DNA of 53,638 bases, the filler included, from Porpidia crustulata (Eukaryota), in the NCBI GenBank assembly GCA_964255105.1. It is 3 parts of 3 records of this genome, joined end to end, with 100 filler letters (N's around TTAATTAATTAA, not from the genome) between each part and the next. Parts side by side here need not be neighbours in the genome. Positions count along the whole stretch, not along the records: positions 1 to 17,849 come from CAXUWE010000204.1; 2 more parts are not named here. One strand, written 5' to 3'. This document shows positions 1-12,814 of the stretch, piece after piece. Within the stretch, counting starts at the first letter, position 1. Every line of letters begins with the position of its first letter. Both the position numbers and the translations under genes were made by a program. Under the pieces are notes generated by a model that did not search any database, was not told the DNA's origin, and worked only from the letters and a program-made list of their open reading frames with translations.

Positions 1-2614
1 GAATTGGTGGACGAAAAGGTGGTGCTGCGTAGGTAGACAGGCGGATCGGGGGGTTGTGGGGGTCATTTTGAGTGTTCCGGGGATGCTGGGTCATTGGCGA
101 GTTGATGTTGTATTCATTGGTTAAGAGGTGAGTTTTTCGAGAGATGTGACGTTGAAGTGATATTCGGTACTATTGTGGAAATTTCGATTCAAGAACTTAG
201 ACGTAATTAAGTAATCTGCTCGTACTCGTATCTCTGTGTAAAAAACCAAACTGAGAGGTAGTCTTGACGAGCATCCATCAACAACATCACTTTTTAGCTT
301 CGTTCTGATTCAACACACACCTCCAGGGTCATTTAGGACCCTGCCCAAGTCATGTCTGTTTCATGTGCAGGCCACGTGTTTATCTTCCGCTAAAGAATGT
401 AATTCTGCCCCCTTAGGGTAGTTCAACACACAAGCCCGACACTAGGTGAACGGCTTTGTGGTCAGCTCACAGCTGATCCTTGCGTCCATGAGCATGATCA
501 AATATCGCTAAGATTCGATAAAAGTGCAACAAGGCCTACGCTTGAGGCGAGGTTTCCGAAGTAAGTGGCGATGTGCTTCGATCATAACAATCAAGAACAT
601 CATGGCCAACTGTGCTGAAGCATCTAATAGGGAGTGTGGCCGGCTGAACTTGCGGCATAGCCTACATAGGTGTGTCTCAGCTCTATGAGCTTTGTTGATC
701 GTCGGATCGATAGTGAGAGCGCCTCCAGTTCTTGAAAGCCCATCCATCCACCAACGCCAGGATGAAGCACGTTGCAACAAGCCGAGAGTTTCCCTAGGGG
801 TGAAGCTTAAAATCAACCTTCACAATGCTAGCGGGACTTGCTTTTCTCCACTTAATGATGTCTTGGATCTCGACAAAATACACTCACTGCGACAACTTCA
901 CCGCCTGGCTGGATGATTGTCCTAGTCCCTAGAGCATAACCCGATTGTGTGACCTGAACCTTTCTCAGAATTAACACCTTGAGAGGCTGATTCTTGAAAA
1001 GCTCGATTCTAACACGTGGCAACTTGAGTAATCCGAGCAGCCGCCCCGGCGCCGGCCGTACAACTGCCTCCAGTCCGTAAGTGCCGATTCACATAGTGGC
1101 TGTTTGTTCGCGGTGGAAGTCCCAGAGCAAGGACCAAGCATTCCAAGGCTAGAATCTCCACCAAAACTGCGCAAGCCTTGCAAGCCAAGCTCTCTACTAA
1201 GAAATAAGCATTGGAGACACACGTGCGACCACTCGTTCGGTCTCTTCCTTCAGCATGGCTAGCCCCACTCAATTAGATCGATAGCGTTGGTTCGCAAGGC
1301 TAAGAGGACGCGATATCCCCAACCGAGTAGCTTCCAAAGGCTAAAGGCAGCTCTTTCAATCTTTCCTATATTGATCTTCGAGAGAGATATCAAGTGTGCT
1401 CTGGAATTTATCGTTTGGAGCCTCTGATTAGACATCGTCGCTTTGGATTTCTGAATTTTGCTGCGATCATACGAAATGTTTAGTCAGCGGTCGCCAACCC
1501 TCCTCGCATTGTCAACGATCCTATTCACACCCCATTTTTGCTTATATATTATAGAGAGCTTGGCTGAGCAACGTTTATTGATAGGGACGATAGGCTTTCC
1601 TGAAGCTATGGAACATGAAAAGGTTGCGCAGCTTGTATATTCTGTTCACATCGAAGGAACTCGAGATAGTTTCGTTCAACTCCGGGCCTCATTGATGTTC
1701 ATGACCAGGTTTCCTGGGATACAAGGTCTTTCGGTACGTAGACGTCTTCCTGTGTTCAAGAGTTTTATAGCTTTCCTCGATAAGACTTAAGACGAGCCAT
1801 TTCCTTCATCTATACCGTGGGAATTTTCCACTGTTTGGGCAACACTTAGCAGCTACGTGTCTCCAGAGCTGAAAGTTTGCTATCGATGAAAGCAAAACTG
1901 CCAGAAAAGCGATTTGACACAGGTGATAGGCTTGTAGAAACGCTATATCGAGGTATCTCCGGATTCTCTTGAGCACCAAGTATTGTTCCTATCATAGTAC
2001 ATGTTGAACGAGCATCAACATTGTGTTATGCTTTGACGATAGGAAGCTTCTACCATTGTAATGGCAGATATTCGTTCTGAGCCCGGGCCCCGAACTGATC
2101 TTGTTGATCTTGGCCTTGTAGGAGCAGAACATGATATGAGACTCAACATCGAAATTCTTATCATTGCATTTGAATACCATCCTCAATCCATAGAGCCCTT
2201 AGTGTAGCAGTCACTATGCAACAATCAGGGTCCACACGGAAATGAGGTTTCGGTAGCCCTCATTGGCTCCCAATTTCCCATCACTGGTGAATTAATTCTG
2301 CTGCCGTTCATGCATGACCGGGTTTAATTTTGCACGGCCACACATATCACTTCGCACCTTCTTCGTTATTCCTCATTCTAGCCTTCCATAATAAACACAG
2401 CTCGTTCGGCAACGCTTGCAGCTCCTTCTGCAATTAAGTAACAGCTTCATCTCGCAACCGGTCAAGTAGCAGCAGCGCTCTGATCGAGCAACTCATAGAT
2501 ATCACCAGCCTTACACCTCTGTAAGTCCTCTTCATTGAGCTCAATTCCAACACAACAGCTGAGAGTATTCAGCTAATAGTTTAGCAAGCTTCTTCGTAGA
2601 CATAAAGAGCTGTC

Positions 2615-3799
2615 ATGTCTTTCACTAGCACAAATGCCCAGTTGAGCCTCGCGCTCAACCCTGAAGCTGTCGCCTTCGAGCCTAGGCAGGTCGTCGAGAC
2701 TGTTGAGGAGAGGGTAAGCTCAAGGTCCTGAACTTCGGTTGTCTTCAACGTCGTTGTCGCTAATATGAATTCCTATCAGAAGGAGTACTCAATCGATGAG
2801 ATGGTAGCGCGGTGGGAAGTCCTGGCCGGTTTCTCGGACCAGGCAATCCACGATGAGGAAGATTGGATGGCAGAGATGATCAATCAAGACGCCGAAAATG
2901 CCAACTACCAGATGGGTAGATCGACCAGTGCTTTACTCGTAATGCAAGCTAGTGTGTCTGATACCAATGCTTCCAACTTGACTCAAGAAGTCACGCATGC
3001 TGAAATCGGAGCCAACGACTTCAATAAATTGCCAGGTGAGCTCCGGAATAAGATCTTCGAGCTGGCATTGACAGCCGAGAATGGCATCATCTCCATGCCA
3101 TGCCTCTCAAATAAGACGTTCAAGCGAAACGTAGCAACGGCCTTGTTGCAAACTTGGTAAGCTTTTTGTCTATACAATCCATCTTTCAATCACTGATAGT
3201 CTCCGCGAAGCCGACAAGTATATGTCGAAGCGCGTAAGTTCTTATATAGCGCAAACACCATTATATTTGACAACTTCAGTTCGGATATCAATGACATCGC
3301 GAGGTTCGCGTATCCCTGGAACTTCAAAGGTCCAACATTTGCGAATATTACTCTCGATATTGGGCACATGGCGGTTGACTGGAGAGGCTTCTTCGGAACA
3401 TATTTCCTCGCGTACGCTTTGATGGGTATGCGTAACCCTATTAAGGTGGATAACCTGGTGCTCGAATTTCGAGCCTTCTGTTTCAATGAGACTATCAAGC
3501 CAGAAGACCTTGCCATGGCTCTATCTAAAATCAAAGTCAGGAAGAGTCTCATCATGTGTGGGGCTGGCTACCATTGGGATGAAGAAGATATTTCTGCTGT
3601 GCCACGGGCCCTCGGCATGGTCATAGATTCAGTCAACATGTGTCCTGATAACGAAGCGCTCGTAGACCCTAGACCAGGATTCTTCATCGTGAAGTACAAA
3701 CCAGCTTCCGATTGCAATGATCCGACTAAAGCGGAGATGAAATTTCTCGATGAAGCAAAAGTGCAGGGTCCTATCGGGTGCAAGATAGTCTGCTCATAA
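2615..3799 (+). CDS. Uncharacterised protein with N-terminal PAM2-like motif and F-box-like (LPxELRxxI) motif
   Basis: ATG 2615; introns 2714-2779 (GTAAGC..GCTAAT..CAG) and 3157-3210 (GTAAGC..CTGAT..AAG) join three frames into MSFTSTNAQLSLALNPEAVAFEPR...FNKLPGELRNKIFELAL...ATALLQTCRQVYVEARKFLYSANTIIF...stop 3799. Probable 5'UTR intron 2521-2584. Confidence 0.7.
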
Positions 3800-3964
3800 G
3801 GATCGCAGTCGTAGCAGAGTTCACAGACTAGCGAGGTTTGACACTCAGCCATACATCGTTCAGGATATTTTCGAATCGCAAAACATACACAAGCATTTCT
3901 AGATCCGTTTACCTCCTATAGATCACAATTCATGTATTGTCTTTATCTTTTTTTTCTCTTGCCA

Positions 3965-4493
3965 TCAAAGGCACTGTTTTACCAGATCGAGGATGTCGTA
4001 GAAGGACTCCCTACTGGCTTCGAATTTGCTCAAACCTAATCCAAGTACCAACGTCCTGTTCTCCTGTGGGTTTTTTGTGGCAATAGTACTTGCGATTTGT
4101 GTGGCATACAGCTGACCAATAGTCTCTCTTTCCGATGTCGACCCTCCAAGCAATGTCTTTGGCGTTAGATGGGTCATTGGCAATAGACTATTCTCATCAT
4201 TGCTCGATAACAGATAGTGATCTCCAAAATTTGGGTTGGACGTGTCAAGAGGTACGTGGATCTGATTTACGGGTTAATTCTCTTGGAGCGCTTTGGAGGT
4301 AGTGAACACTCACCCATTGTCCTAGACGTCCGCCCTGGGTGACCGTGACCATAATTTTATCGGTAAACTGGATGCATGTTGCATGGGTGGGCACGCCATC
4401 AACCATGCCGGCTGCATGTTTTGTCACTGCTGGATATGAGGGAGCTGGCAGGCTCGGGATACGAAGCTCGTCGGAAGGCATTGGGAGTGGCAT
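3965..4493 (-). CDS. Proteasome assembly chaperone 3 (PAC3/PSMG3 family)
   Basis: Motifs YPAVTKHAAGMVDGVPT, FTDKIMVTVTQGGRLGQW|IHVPL, HLTPKTLLGG, GQLYATQIAS, RTLVLGLGL; intron 4262-4313. Confidence 0.85.
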
Positions 4494-5627
4494 ACTGATG
4501 AGCACGCTTCTTGATAATTTATTCTATAGCTATTGGGGAAATCAAGGACCTCCGAGTGATTACGGAGAGTGGGAGAGTATGTCACGCGAGAAGATGAATG
4601 AAGGGATGAAATATTCGTTGATGGAGAAAGGTTAAAGTAGGTATGGTGGGGAAAGAATCTCTAAGCATCAGTAAGGTATCTATTTGTACTTACTAAGCCC
4701 TTTGTCAGGCCCATATCCCCTATTTCACAGCCATATCGTTTACTGAATGCCTGGATTTAAAGAATTTACAAATCAAAATTAATACCCAACAGCTGTCGAA
4801 TCATCATAGTTGAAGACCTTCTGAGCTACAATGTTCCAAATCTTTTCGCGCTTTTGCTATTCAGCGTCATCCGCGCTAAGCCGGGAATAGCCGGTCGCCT
4901 CTTAGTCGCCAAGACCTTGGATATCGCAAAAGTTTTTTGTGACTTCTTGGACTTCAGGGCAGTTGCCTGATGATGTTCGAATGCCATGTGCCTGTAAATT
5001 TGCAATAGTATTGTTCTCTATTCTATGAAGTCCTGCGTGTCTCACTGAAAATAGAATGTAATTCGTTGACACGAAATCCGCAACGGATGCAGACCATTCT
5101 CAAAGTTCTCGTAATCTTCCTATTCCCTTCGATGCGCAAGCCTTGTCTTTGTCCTCTGACAGCGTATTGTGACGAGTTCACAAGAGATATCTTCCATCTC
5201 CTTCTGCTCTCACGTGCATACGGGACCCGAGACAAAATTCCACCTCTCAATCACCCCTTTCAGAGTATCCAAGTATCCCTCCCTTATACAGCATCGGTTT
5301 CAACGGCCACATCATACCACCTATTCCTTGTCCCATCCCGAAAAGTAACCCTCATCAACCCTTCCCAACCCAGGTACATTGCAAGACCTTTCCAAAATCA
5401 TCACAGCCCATCAGTGATGAGATTGACGTAAGGTTTGACTATTGGCTGACGTCGAGGGCTGCAAAAGATTATTATTAGTATTGTTCCATGCGTCTCTACC
5501 TTCGCCATATATGAACATCTTTCCTACTCGAATCTTTGGGCTCGGAAGTCTAGTCCCTGAGCTCGATTCCCAACCGAAACCCTCGTCTCCGGCCTCAGAA
5601 AATCATAAATCATCTCCGCCGCACGAC

Positions 5628-8600
5628 TCAGCCAATCACCTTTTCAACATCCCAAATCCCCTTTGACCCCTTCACCTGTACGACCTTACAAGCCGGCAAT
5701 GGCCAAGCATTGCCGCCACCACCAATAAGTTTTGTCCGAACCCAAGACTCCCTCCTTCTTCCCTCCTCCTCCAGCACCTTTCCGATCATCCTGCCAAACT
5801 TCACCAACGGCGTACTCTGAGAAAAAGCCAGGAGCTGTTTCTCCGTCACTGCCGTCAGTGCGTGCAGACGCGTGCGCGGCTTTTTGGTATCGTTGATTGT
5901 AGAAGGGGTACTGCGCTGGAGATGAGAGTAGATGAGGTAGGGAGGGAGAGAGGCTGGAGGAAACGAGGAGAGGATAGAGGAGGTATGGATGAAGACAGCG
6001 AGGTCGGTCAAGTCTTCGGCTTTGCCGATATGGGAGGGGAAAAGGGGAAGGTAGGGGACGTCAATCGCCCGCGTGGGTTTCCTCGCAATTTCTGGGGGAT
6101 TTGGAGCTTTATCGTACCGCACTGCGACTTGGTCGATGAAAGCGACTGCTACTATCTGCTCCAGAGCTCTTAGCTGCTTTTCGCTTGCTTTTGGCAGTCT
6201 TAAGCTGTATGCGCTAGGAAGAAAATTAGGGTGGTTAGACCGGACGATATTGTGGAGTTGTTGGCGTAAATGAGAAGCTTCGAGGAGAGCCTTGGGACGG
6301 AGGAACATGTCTTCGCAGAACTTTGTAGGGGACGGACTGTTGGCGTACGCGCAAAGAGCGGTAAAGGCCTTCAGGATGTCGGAGTGGATAGTGTGCTGAG
6401 ACATAAGAGTATGAGCCCGGTTGTAATCCTTCTTGCGCTTGGCACGGCTTGCATCCACTTGCCTCTCTTCATGGGTGGTGGGAATAGATGGTGGTGCACC
6501 AGGTAGGAGATCAAGTTGGCTTTCTGGAATAAAGATGTCCGAGACTGCAAGAGCGGCTACCAGAGCGATTGTGTATGACATGCAACCATGCTGATGACCG
6601 ATGAGGAGCATTTTGGAGAAGCGTGGGGATAGTGGATAGATTGACATTTCTCGCCCGTGAGGCGTGATTTTGCCAGTTGACGAGATAGCACCAAGATAAG
6701 TGAGCAGCTTTTCTGCTTTAGCTAAGCTATAGCGGTCAGGGGGTGTGGGAAAGGGAAAGTTTATAACATGTTGAAGGTCCATACTCTTAAGCTGCAACAC
6801 CACTCCTTCAACGGGCATACGAAGTATCTCAGGCTCCGCGTGTTCAGGGAAATCGCGCTCGTACACAGCAGAGGAGTAGAGACGGTAACAGTGTCCTGGA
6901 CCCGTTCTACCCGCTCTACCGGCGCGTTGACTGGCACTTGCTTTACTGATCCAATCGATCTCGAAACTTTGAACGCCTGTAAGCCGATCATAGTTCTTGT
7001 CTTTGGCACGGCCGCAATCGAAGACGTAGCGGATACCTGGAATTGTAAGACTAGTCTCAGCAACGTTCGTGGCTAAAACAATAAGGCGGGCGTCCTCCGG
7101 GGGAGGTGAAAAGACGCGGAGTTGGTCTTTCGTTTGAAGCTGAGAGTAGAGGGGAAGGACGTGTATAGAGGACGAGACGAGGGAGGAGTGTTCGATATTA
7201 GGCACATCGAATTCTTCACTATCTTCCTCATCAGTTTGTCCATCATCGTCTTCGCCATCATCTTCAATATGGTCGCGGCCAGAATCAGCCTCCCCTAAGT
7301 CATAGTCTTCGTTCTCGAGAGGTGCATCTATTGCAGATATGTGAGCTCTTTGACAGGAAGCCCGACTGGCTTCGGTACTAGGCAGAGCATCCTGAAGTCT
7401 TTTTGAGAGTGCAGTAATTTCATTTTGCCCAGTCAGGAAAACGAGCATACCTCCTGGCGGAAGTTTCTTGTGACCCTTGCTGATCTTGATGAACGCTTCC
7501 TCGACGTAGTCCCTTTGGGTTCTGCGAGCAAAATGAATAGTGACTGGATGCTGGCGTCCTTCTGTTTGTAGTAGGGGAGGAGGCCCTCTGCGGAAAAGAT
7601 TTGGGTTATCCATAAAATCTGATATCCTGAGGGTTGCAGACATTATAATGAGCTTCAATGGAGTAATTTTGGGATCCTCCTTGCTCATCGATTCCCTCAA
7701 ATTAACAATCCGACTAACCATACCAATCAATATATCAGTGTTAATGCTTCGCTCATGCGCTTCATCTATGATTATTGCAGAATACTTTAGCAAAGCGAAA
7801 TCATTAGCAATCTCCCTGATAAGAATACCATCTGTCATGTATTTTATTGCCGTCGCATCGCTAACTGAGCTTTCGAACCGTATTTGGTATGAGACCTTCC
7901 CAGACATGCTACCTAATTCCTCGTTAACTCGATTTGCCATACTAACAGCAGCTACTCTCCGTGGCTGAGTCACGCCTATCATGCCGGGAGTGGGACTGCC
8001 TTGGCTGCCGAAGCCAGCTTCGAACAAAAATTGTGGGACTTGTGTTGTCTTTCCGCTACCAGTCGCGCCCCAGATCACTACCACGGGGTTGTTGTATATA
8101 GCTTCCATAATCTTCTGCTCTTCTGCCACAACTGGTAGCTCTAAACGAGCTTCATTAGCCTGGGATGATCTCTCGACTTGGACGCTGAAAGCCCTGCGAT
8201 CTGGAACATTGCTGATTGTCTCGAGTTCTGGGGGTAAGGGATCCTGCTCGGGTTCCCTGCGTATGACTGAACAGTTTTTATCCTCTTCTTCGTTTTTTGG
8301 GATTGTAGAAAACGTTGCTGGGGTAAAGCCAATCGCTTCATTGACTTGCTGGGTTGCCCAAGCCTTAAACGCACTTGATCGCTCCTTACGTGCTATATGA
8401 TCATGTGTATTGCTATTTCCGTCACTATCATGACTGCCATTGTCATCATCCGTGACTGATTCATCAGCCTCCGCTTCCGAGTCAAATTGAGACCCTTCAG
8501 AATGCGTTCCAGGAGAAGAAGATCTTGAGGTTGCATCGGAGCCAGAGGCCGAACTAAAGCCTTCCCACAAAGGCTCTCCGTTTTGGGCAGGTTGCACAGT

Positions 8601-9254
8601 TTTGTTGTTGAAACGACGTCTTTTCTCGATCATTGGCTGCCCATTTCCATCAAGCTCAAATGATCTCTTGAGCCCACTTCCAAGAAATGAGCTGAACTTT
8701 TCTTCAGCAGACGCTGTGAAGGATACTCTTTGATTGGAGTCACTCAAGCTATCGGAGCTATCACCATCGCTTATATCACGGTCCTCGAATAAGATTCGAT
8801 TATTCTTCTGCACATTGACGCCAGCTTTCTGCTCTCTCAACGCCCGTGCTAGTACCTCACGCTTAGATTCTTTACTTACGCCAAGATTACGAGAGCTGCG
8901 TAACAGCGATGTATTGACTTTCGTGCTTGCTAATTTCTTGATAAGTTCAAGATTTTCCTCTTTTCTCAGTTTATTGTCCTGGAAGGGTGGTCAATGAGTT
9001 ATCAGTATATCAAATTTTTTAACAGCTGGTCTCACAATGTATTTATCGAGTCTCTTCTTTTTTTTGCCGGACATTAACGGCTGTCCAGCACGCATGGCGT
9101 CTTTCATATTTTGCCTTTTTTCCTCTTTTTCATCACGGGTGGCGGCGGCAATCTCAATAGTATTCGAGTCATTGCTAGCTTTAGATTCTTTCCCATGATG
9201 CTTCAATTTGTCCCTGGTTCTGTGCTTGCGTTGTCGGGGTATAAATTTAGTCAT
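5628..9254 (-). CDS. DHR1: DEAH-box RNA helicase Dhr1/Ecm16 (DHX37), SSU processome
   Basis: GATGSGKTTQ, TQPRRVAA, DEAHER, MSAT, ATNVAETSLTIPG, QRAGRAGR; N-terminal KFIPRQRKH and SGKKKKRLDKYI typical of Dhr1; intron 8979-9035. Confidence 0.95.
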
Positions 9255-9800
9255 GGTGAAGATGCTCGAGGTCTCTTCAAACAAACATAGTACTAGTAGC
9301 CTAGGTTCAGCATGCTTATTAGGGTTAGGGCTTGGAAAGCACACCACCTCAGCTACCATAAGGCTGAATCGCTGAGCTTGAGATAGGTACTTCGACTGGT
9401 AGAATGACTACAGCTTTAGGGCGATCCGAGTTCGAAGTGATTGAATACTTCACTGCATCGAACTGCCAAAGCTTGATGTCCTTCTGTAAGCGCCATGCCA
9501 ATAATCTCACAACATGTATTGATTTCTAATGGTTCTGTGACTTTGCACCTCAAAGCTTTGGGGGGGGAGATGGGTGCTACATCGTGAGGGATAAACATCT
9601 TAATTTGAAAAGAATTTATTCTAGATTTCTGGCTGTCAATTTGTGTGCTAGTAGTGCTCAAATATCGCAGTGATGATCGAAGACTCCATAGCATTAGTAT
9701 CAATACCCAGCTCGTCCCTTGTTCTATGCAGTCAAGATTCGAGCCTTTTGCTTGCATTGACAAGGTTCAAGAATCGGTCCGAGTAACATGGTAGGCTCAT

Positions 9801-11438
9801 TCACCTCGAACTACCCAGCGCCGTAGATTTTGCCTTGGGGCTGAAATCCGTCGTAGTCAGATTCGGATTTCCCGAGACAATGTATTGCTTTACTTTACTC
9901 AACCTTGATATCAAGCTCTGCGGTAGATGAAGCGTATCTGCCACCACCTGAGGGGGCGTCAATCCTAACCACTGGCCCACGCTGATATCCGTGAATTTCG
10001 GTGCCTGCAAAATTTCTAGATAAACCACGTCTTCGGTGCCCACGTTCTCGATGTAATGACTGTCAACCATTGGCACGTATCCGACATCCCCGGCCTGAAA
10101 ATCGAAGGTCCGAGAATTCGCAGGTCCCGCGAAAACCGTCAGACGGGCGGTACCAGCAATGAAGAAGCTCCACTCGTCGGAGGTGAGGTGCCAATGAATC
10201 TCCCGCATAGCACCGGGGGCGATGGTGAAGAGTGCGGCTGAGAATCCAGAGGCAATGGAAAAGGTCGTCGGGTCTACGATCTTGACAGATCCACCAGGCA
10301 TCATATAAGGAATCTGTTGCGAAAAATGGTACGTGTAGGATTGGTTTTTGGGGAGATATCCGGATGGTCCAGTGATGTTTTGACGAACCGCAGTCAAATT
10401 CGCTTGGGCTGGTGTTCCGTCAAAGATGTACAGCTGATCAGAAGGTACTTGATGATGTCAGCTTACCGCAGGGCGTTTGGGGCATGGGAAAGGAGAACTG
10501 ACTGTCTTTGAAATCAGAGATGTCAGCTTGAAAGTTTTTCGCAAGGACTTCTTTGGGGTTTCGAAGGAAAAGCTCGGAGACGAGATCAGTGTCGTCTTCA
10601 GAGAAAGTGCCCTTGTCAAAGACAAGAAGAAACTCGGCGCCTTCGTTCAAAGCTTGAAGTGAGTGGGGAACTGGCAATGATCAGTCTGAGCGATACGATG
10701 GAGCATCTGCTCCTGAAAGATTTACCTCCAGCAGGAAAGAACCACAGATCGCCCGCAATAAGATCGTCGACAAAAGCCTCTCCGTTCTCATTGACCGCGG
10801 AGACGCGTACGCTGCCATTGAAGATATAACTCCACTCGTTGGCGCTGTGCCAATGCAGCTCTCGATATGCACTTGGTGCAAGTGCCATGTTTACTCCGGC
10901 CATTGCGGTGGCGATGGGCAGATCGTTGATGCTCTGCTGTCTAGCCCATCCTGAGTTCTTTCCCGTGCCAGCCCTATTGGTCGACATACCCATGGGCCAT
11001 TTTGAATTGGGAACGTCTCCAGCATCGGTACCTGGACGCGCAACCGCGTCACTGTTGATGCGATCGATGCCGTGATTACCTAGGATGCTTTGAGTAGCCA
11101 CATTCAACAAATAGTCGGCAACATGTCATACGTGGACCAGCATCAGTATACCCGTTGCTACCTCTAAGTGGCTGAGGGTTTGGTGTCGTGGTAAAATCCA
11201 GGAAAAGGCCAACATCGGAATCAGCCTGTTGGACAGGTACCAACTCATAGTTCGATACAACTGCGCTATGAGCTGTGACTTCAGAACCAGCATCATTCCC
11301 CAAAAACGACCCCGGCCCGTACAGCGAGCCCGTTGCTTCCACAGGTCCTAAGTCCCCTTGCGGTAGCGGTGCTGTTAAACCATGTTGTACGAAGCAAGCT
11401 CCAACGAAAGCACCCCAAGATATGGTTGTGCAATGCAT
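9801..11438 (-). CDS. oxdC: Secreted bicupin oxalate decarboxylase (OxdC family)
   Basis: Two cupin Mn sites: YRELHWHSANEW...PHSLQ and MREIHWHLTSDEW...SHYIEN; lid FSEDDT; signal-peptide-like N-terminus; introns 11080-11131, 10671-10725, 10448-10502. Confidence 0.9.
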
Positions 11439-12814
11439 ATTTTTGGTGACAAATGAATCTGTCGAGACGGGAGGCAAAAGCAGTTTATGGTCAACTTATA
11501 TAAATATATCTCACACGATCATCTGGAGTTGAATTATTTGCACTAGACCTCGCTAAGCAAGAAAGTTATTGGTGAGGTCCACCTCCGCCTATCCGCCCAC
11601 GCACCTAATCGAAGCGTGAGCTGGCAGTTCGGATGTTTTCCGCAAGGTTTAACCAGTAGTTCATAGAGGACCTTCGGGTGGCCACAGAAAGTATAGCGAT
11701 GATCTCATAGCACTTATCTCTATCCGATCATACCAGCGCGGACGAATAGTTGAGATGGTCGAGAGACGCGGATATCGACAATCGGGGGAAAACTTGCATG
11801 ATAAGCTTCATTTGCTCCGACTGGATCCCACGATATTGACTTGATGGAACGACGTAGTGGATAGTGAGGAACTTCGCGAAATGAGTCAAGAATAAGATCG
11901 AAAATCTCCTCGACCTCAGCCCATTTGGACTTTACGGCATCTCATCCTACACCATTTGAAGTCAAAAAATAGTTGGAGCAATGCCCAGTGATTCCTATTC
12001 TGTTTCAGTCTTCGACCTTCCTTATCGGAGCAATCACTTCAGATTTGGGTGAAATCTTCCAAAAGCCAGTATGACGATATGTGTCGTAGGAGAAGTTAAT
12101 CGCTATATGGTCCTCAGACCAGGGGGTGGTTTACATGCACGATTCAGTAAAATAATCTCAAGGCGAACAAGCATCAGTCGAGATAGTAAACCAGGAAACA
12201 GTGGTGCGTCGAAATCTTCGTTCCGTTCAACGCATATGGAAAAGTTCAAATCCTGATTCCAATGGCTCCTATTTGGGGATGCACACGTAGGTCTTTACTT
12301 ACTTCCTAGTGCTCTACCTTCTATGCACGCCTTCCGAGGACCTCATGCGGGTACGCGACAATGCCATGCATAACGACAATTATGGCTGGATGCTACAATT
12401 TCGTATAATGACGGAATGGAACCGCCATCGTACGAATCTCTTACAGGGCATTGAGCAATTGTAGTAGAGCCATCGGCAGGGGTAGCAGGAAATAAATGTT
12501 GAACGTTGTGTGCGTTGTGTGATATCAGACAAAGTCGAGCGAGGGGATTAGAACTAGCTGAGGTTCCGAAGTGCGTTTTCCGGACAGGACATTTCATTTC
12601 AGTAGTTAATGTAATCCATTACCATACCATAGATCCCATACCATTGTAGAAGTCTGTGAGTGCCGTGAAGCCAAGCACAGACATCTCGGTCCAAGGTCTC
12701 AGAGTCGTATCTCATCGTCTTTTGGATTAGCATGATTCCTTCCTGAGTCAATCGAAAGCCGCAAGACCAGAGGATTGGGGTCGGCAAGCGATGTGGCTTT
12801 CAACCTCAGGGTAG

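Noticed and set aside
1..66. Possible minus-strand gene start (aaaATG at 66, MTPTTPRSACL..)
   Set aside because: Only 22 codons before the window edge; cannot be supported.
324..343. Small hairpins CAGGGTC..GACCCTG and TTGGCG..CGCCAA (about 14344-14368)
   Set aside because: Stems of 6-7 bp are expected by chance in 53 kb.
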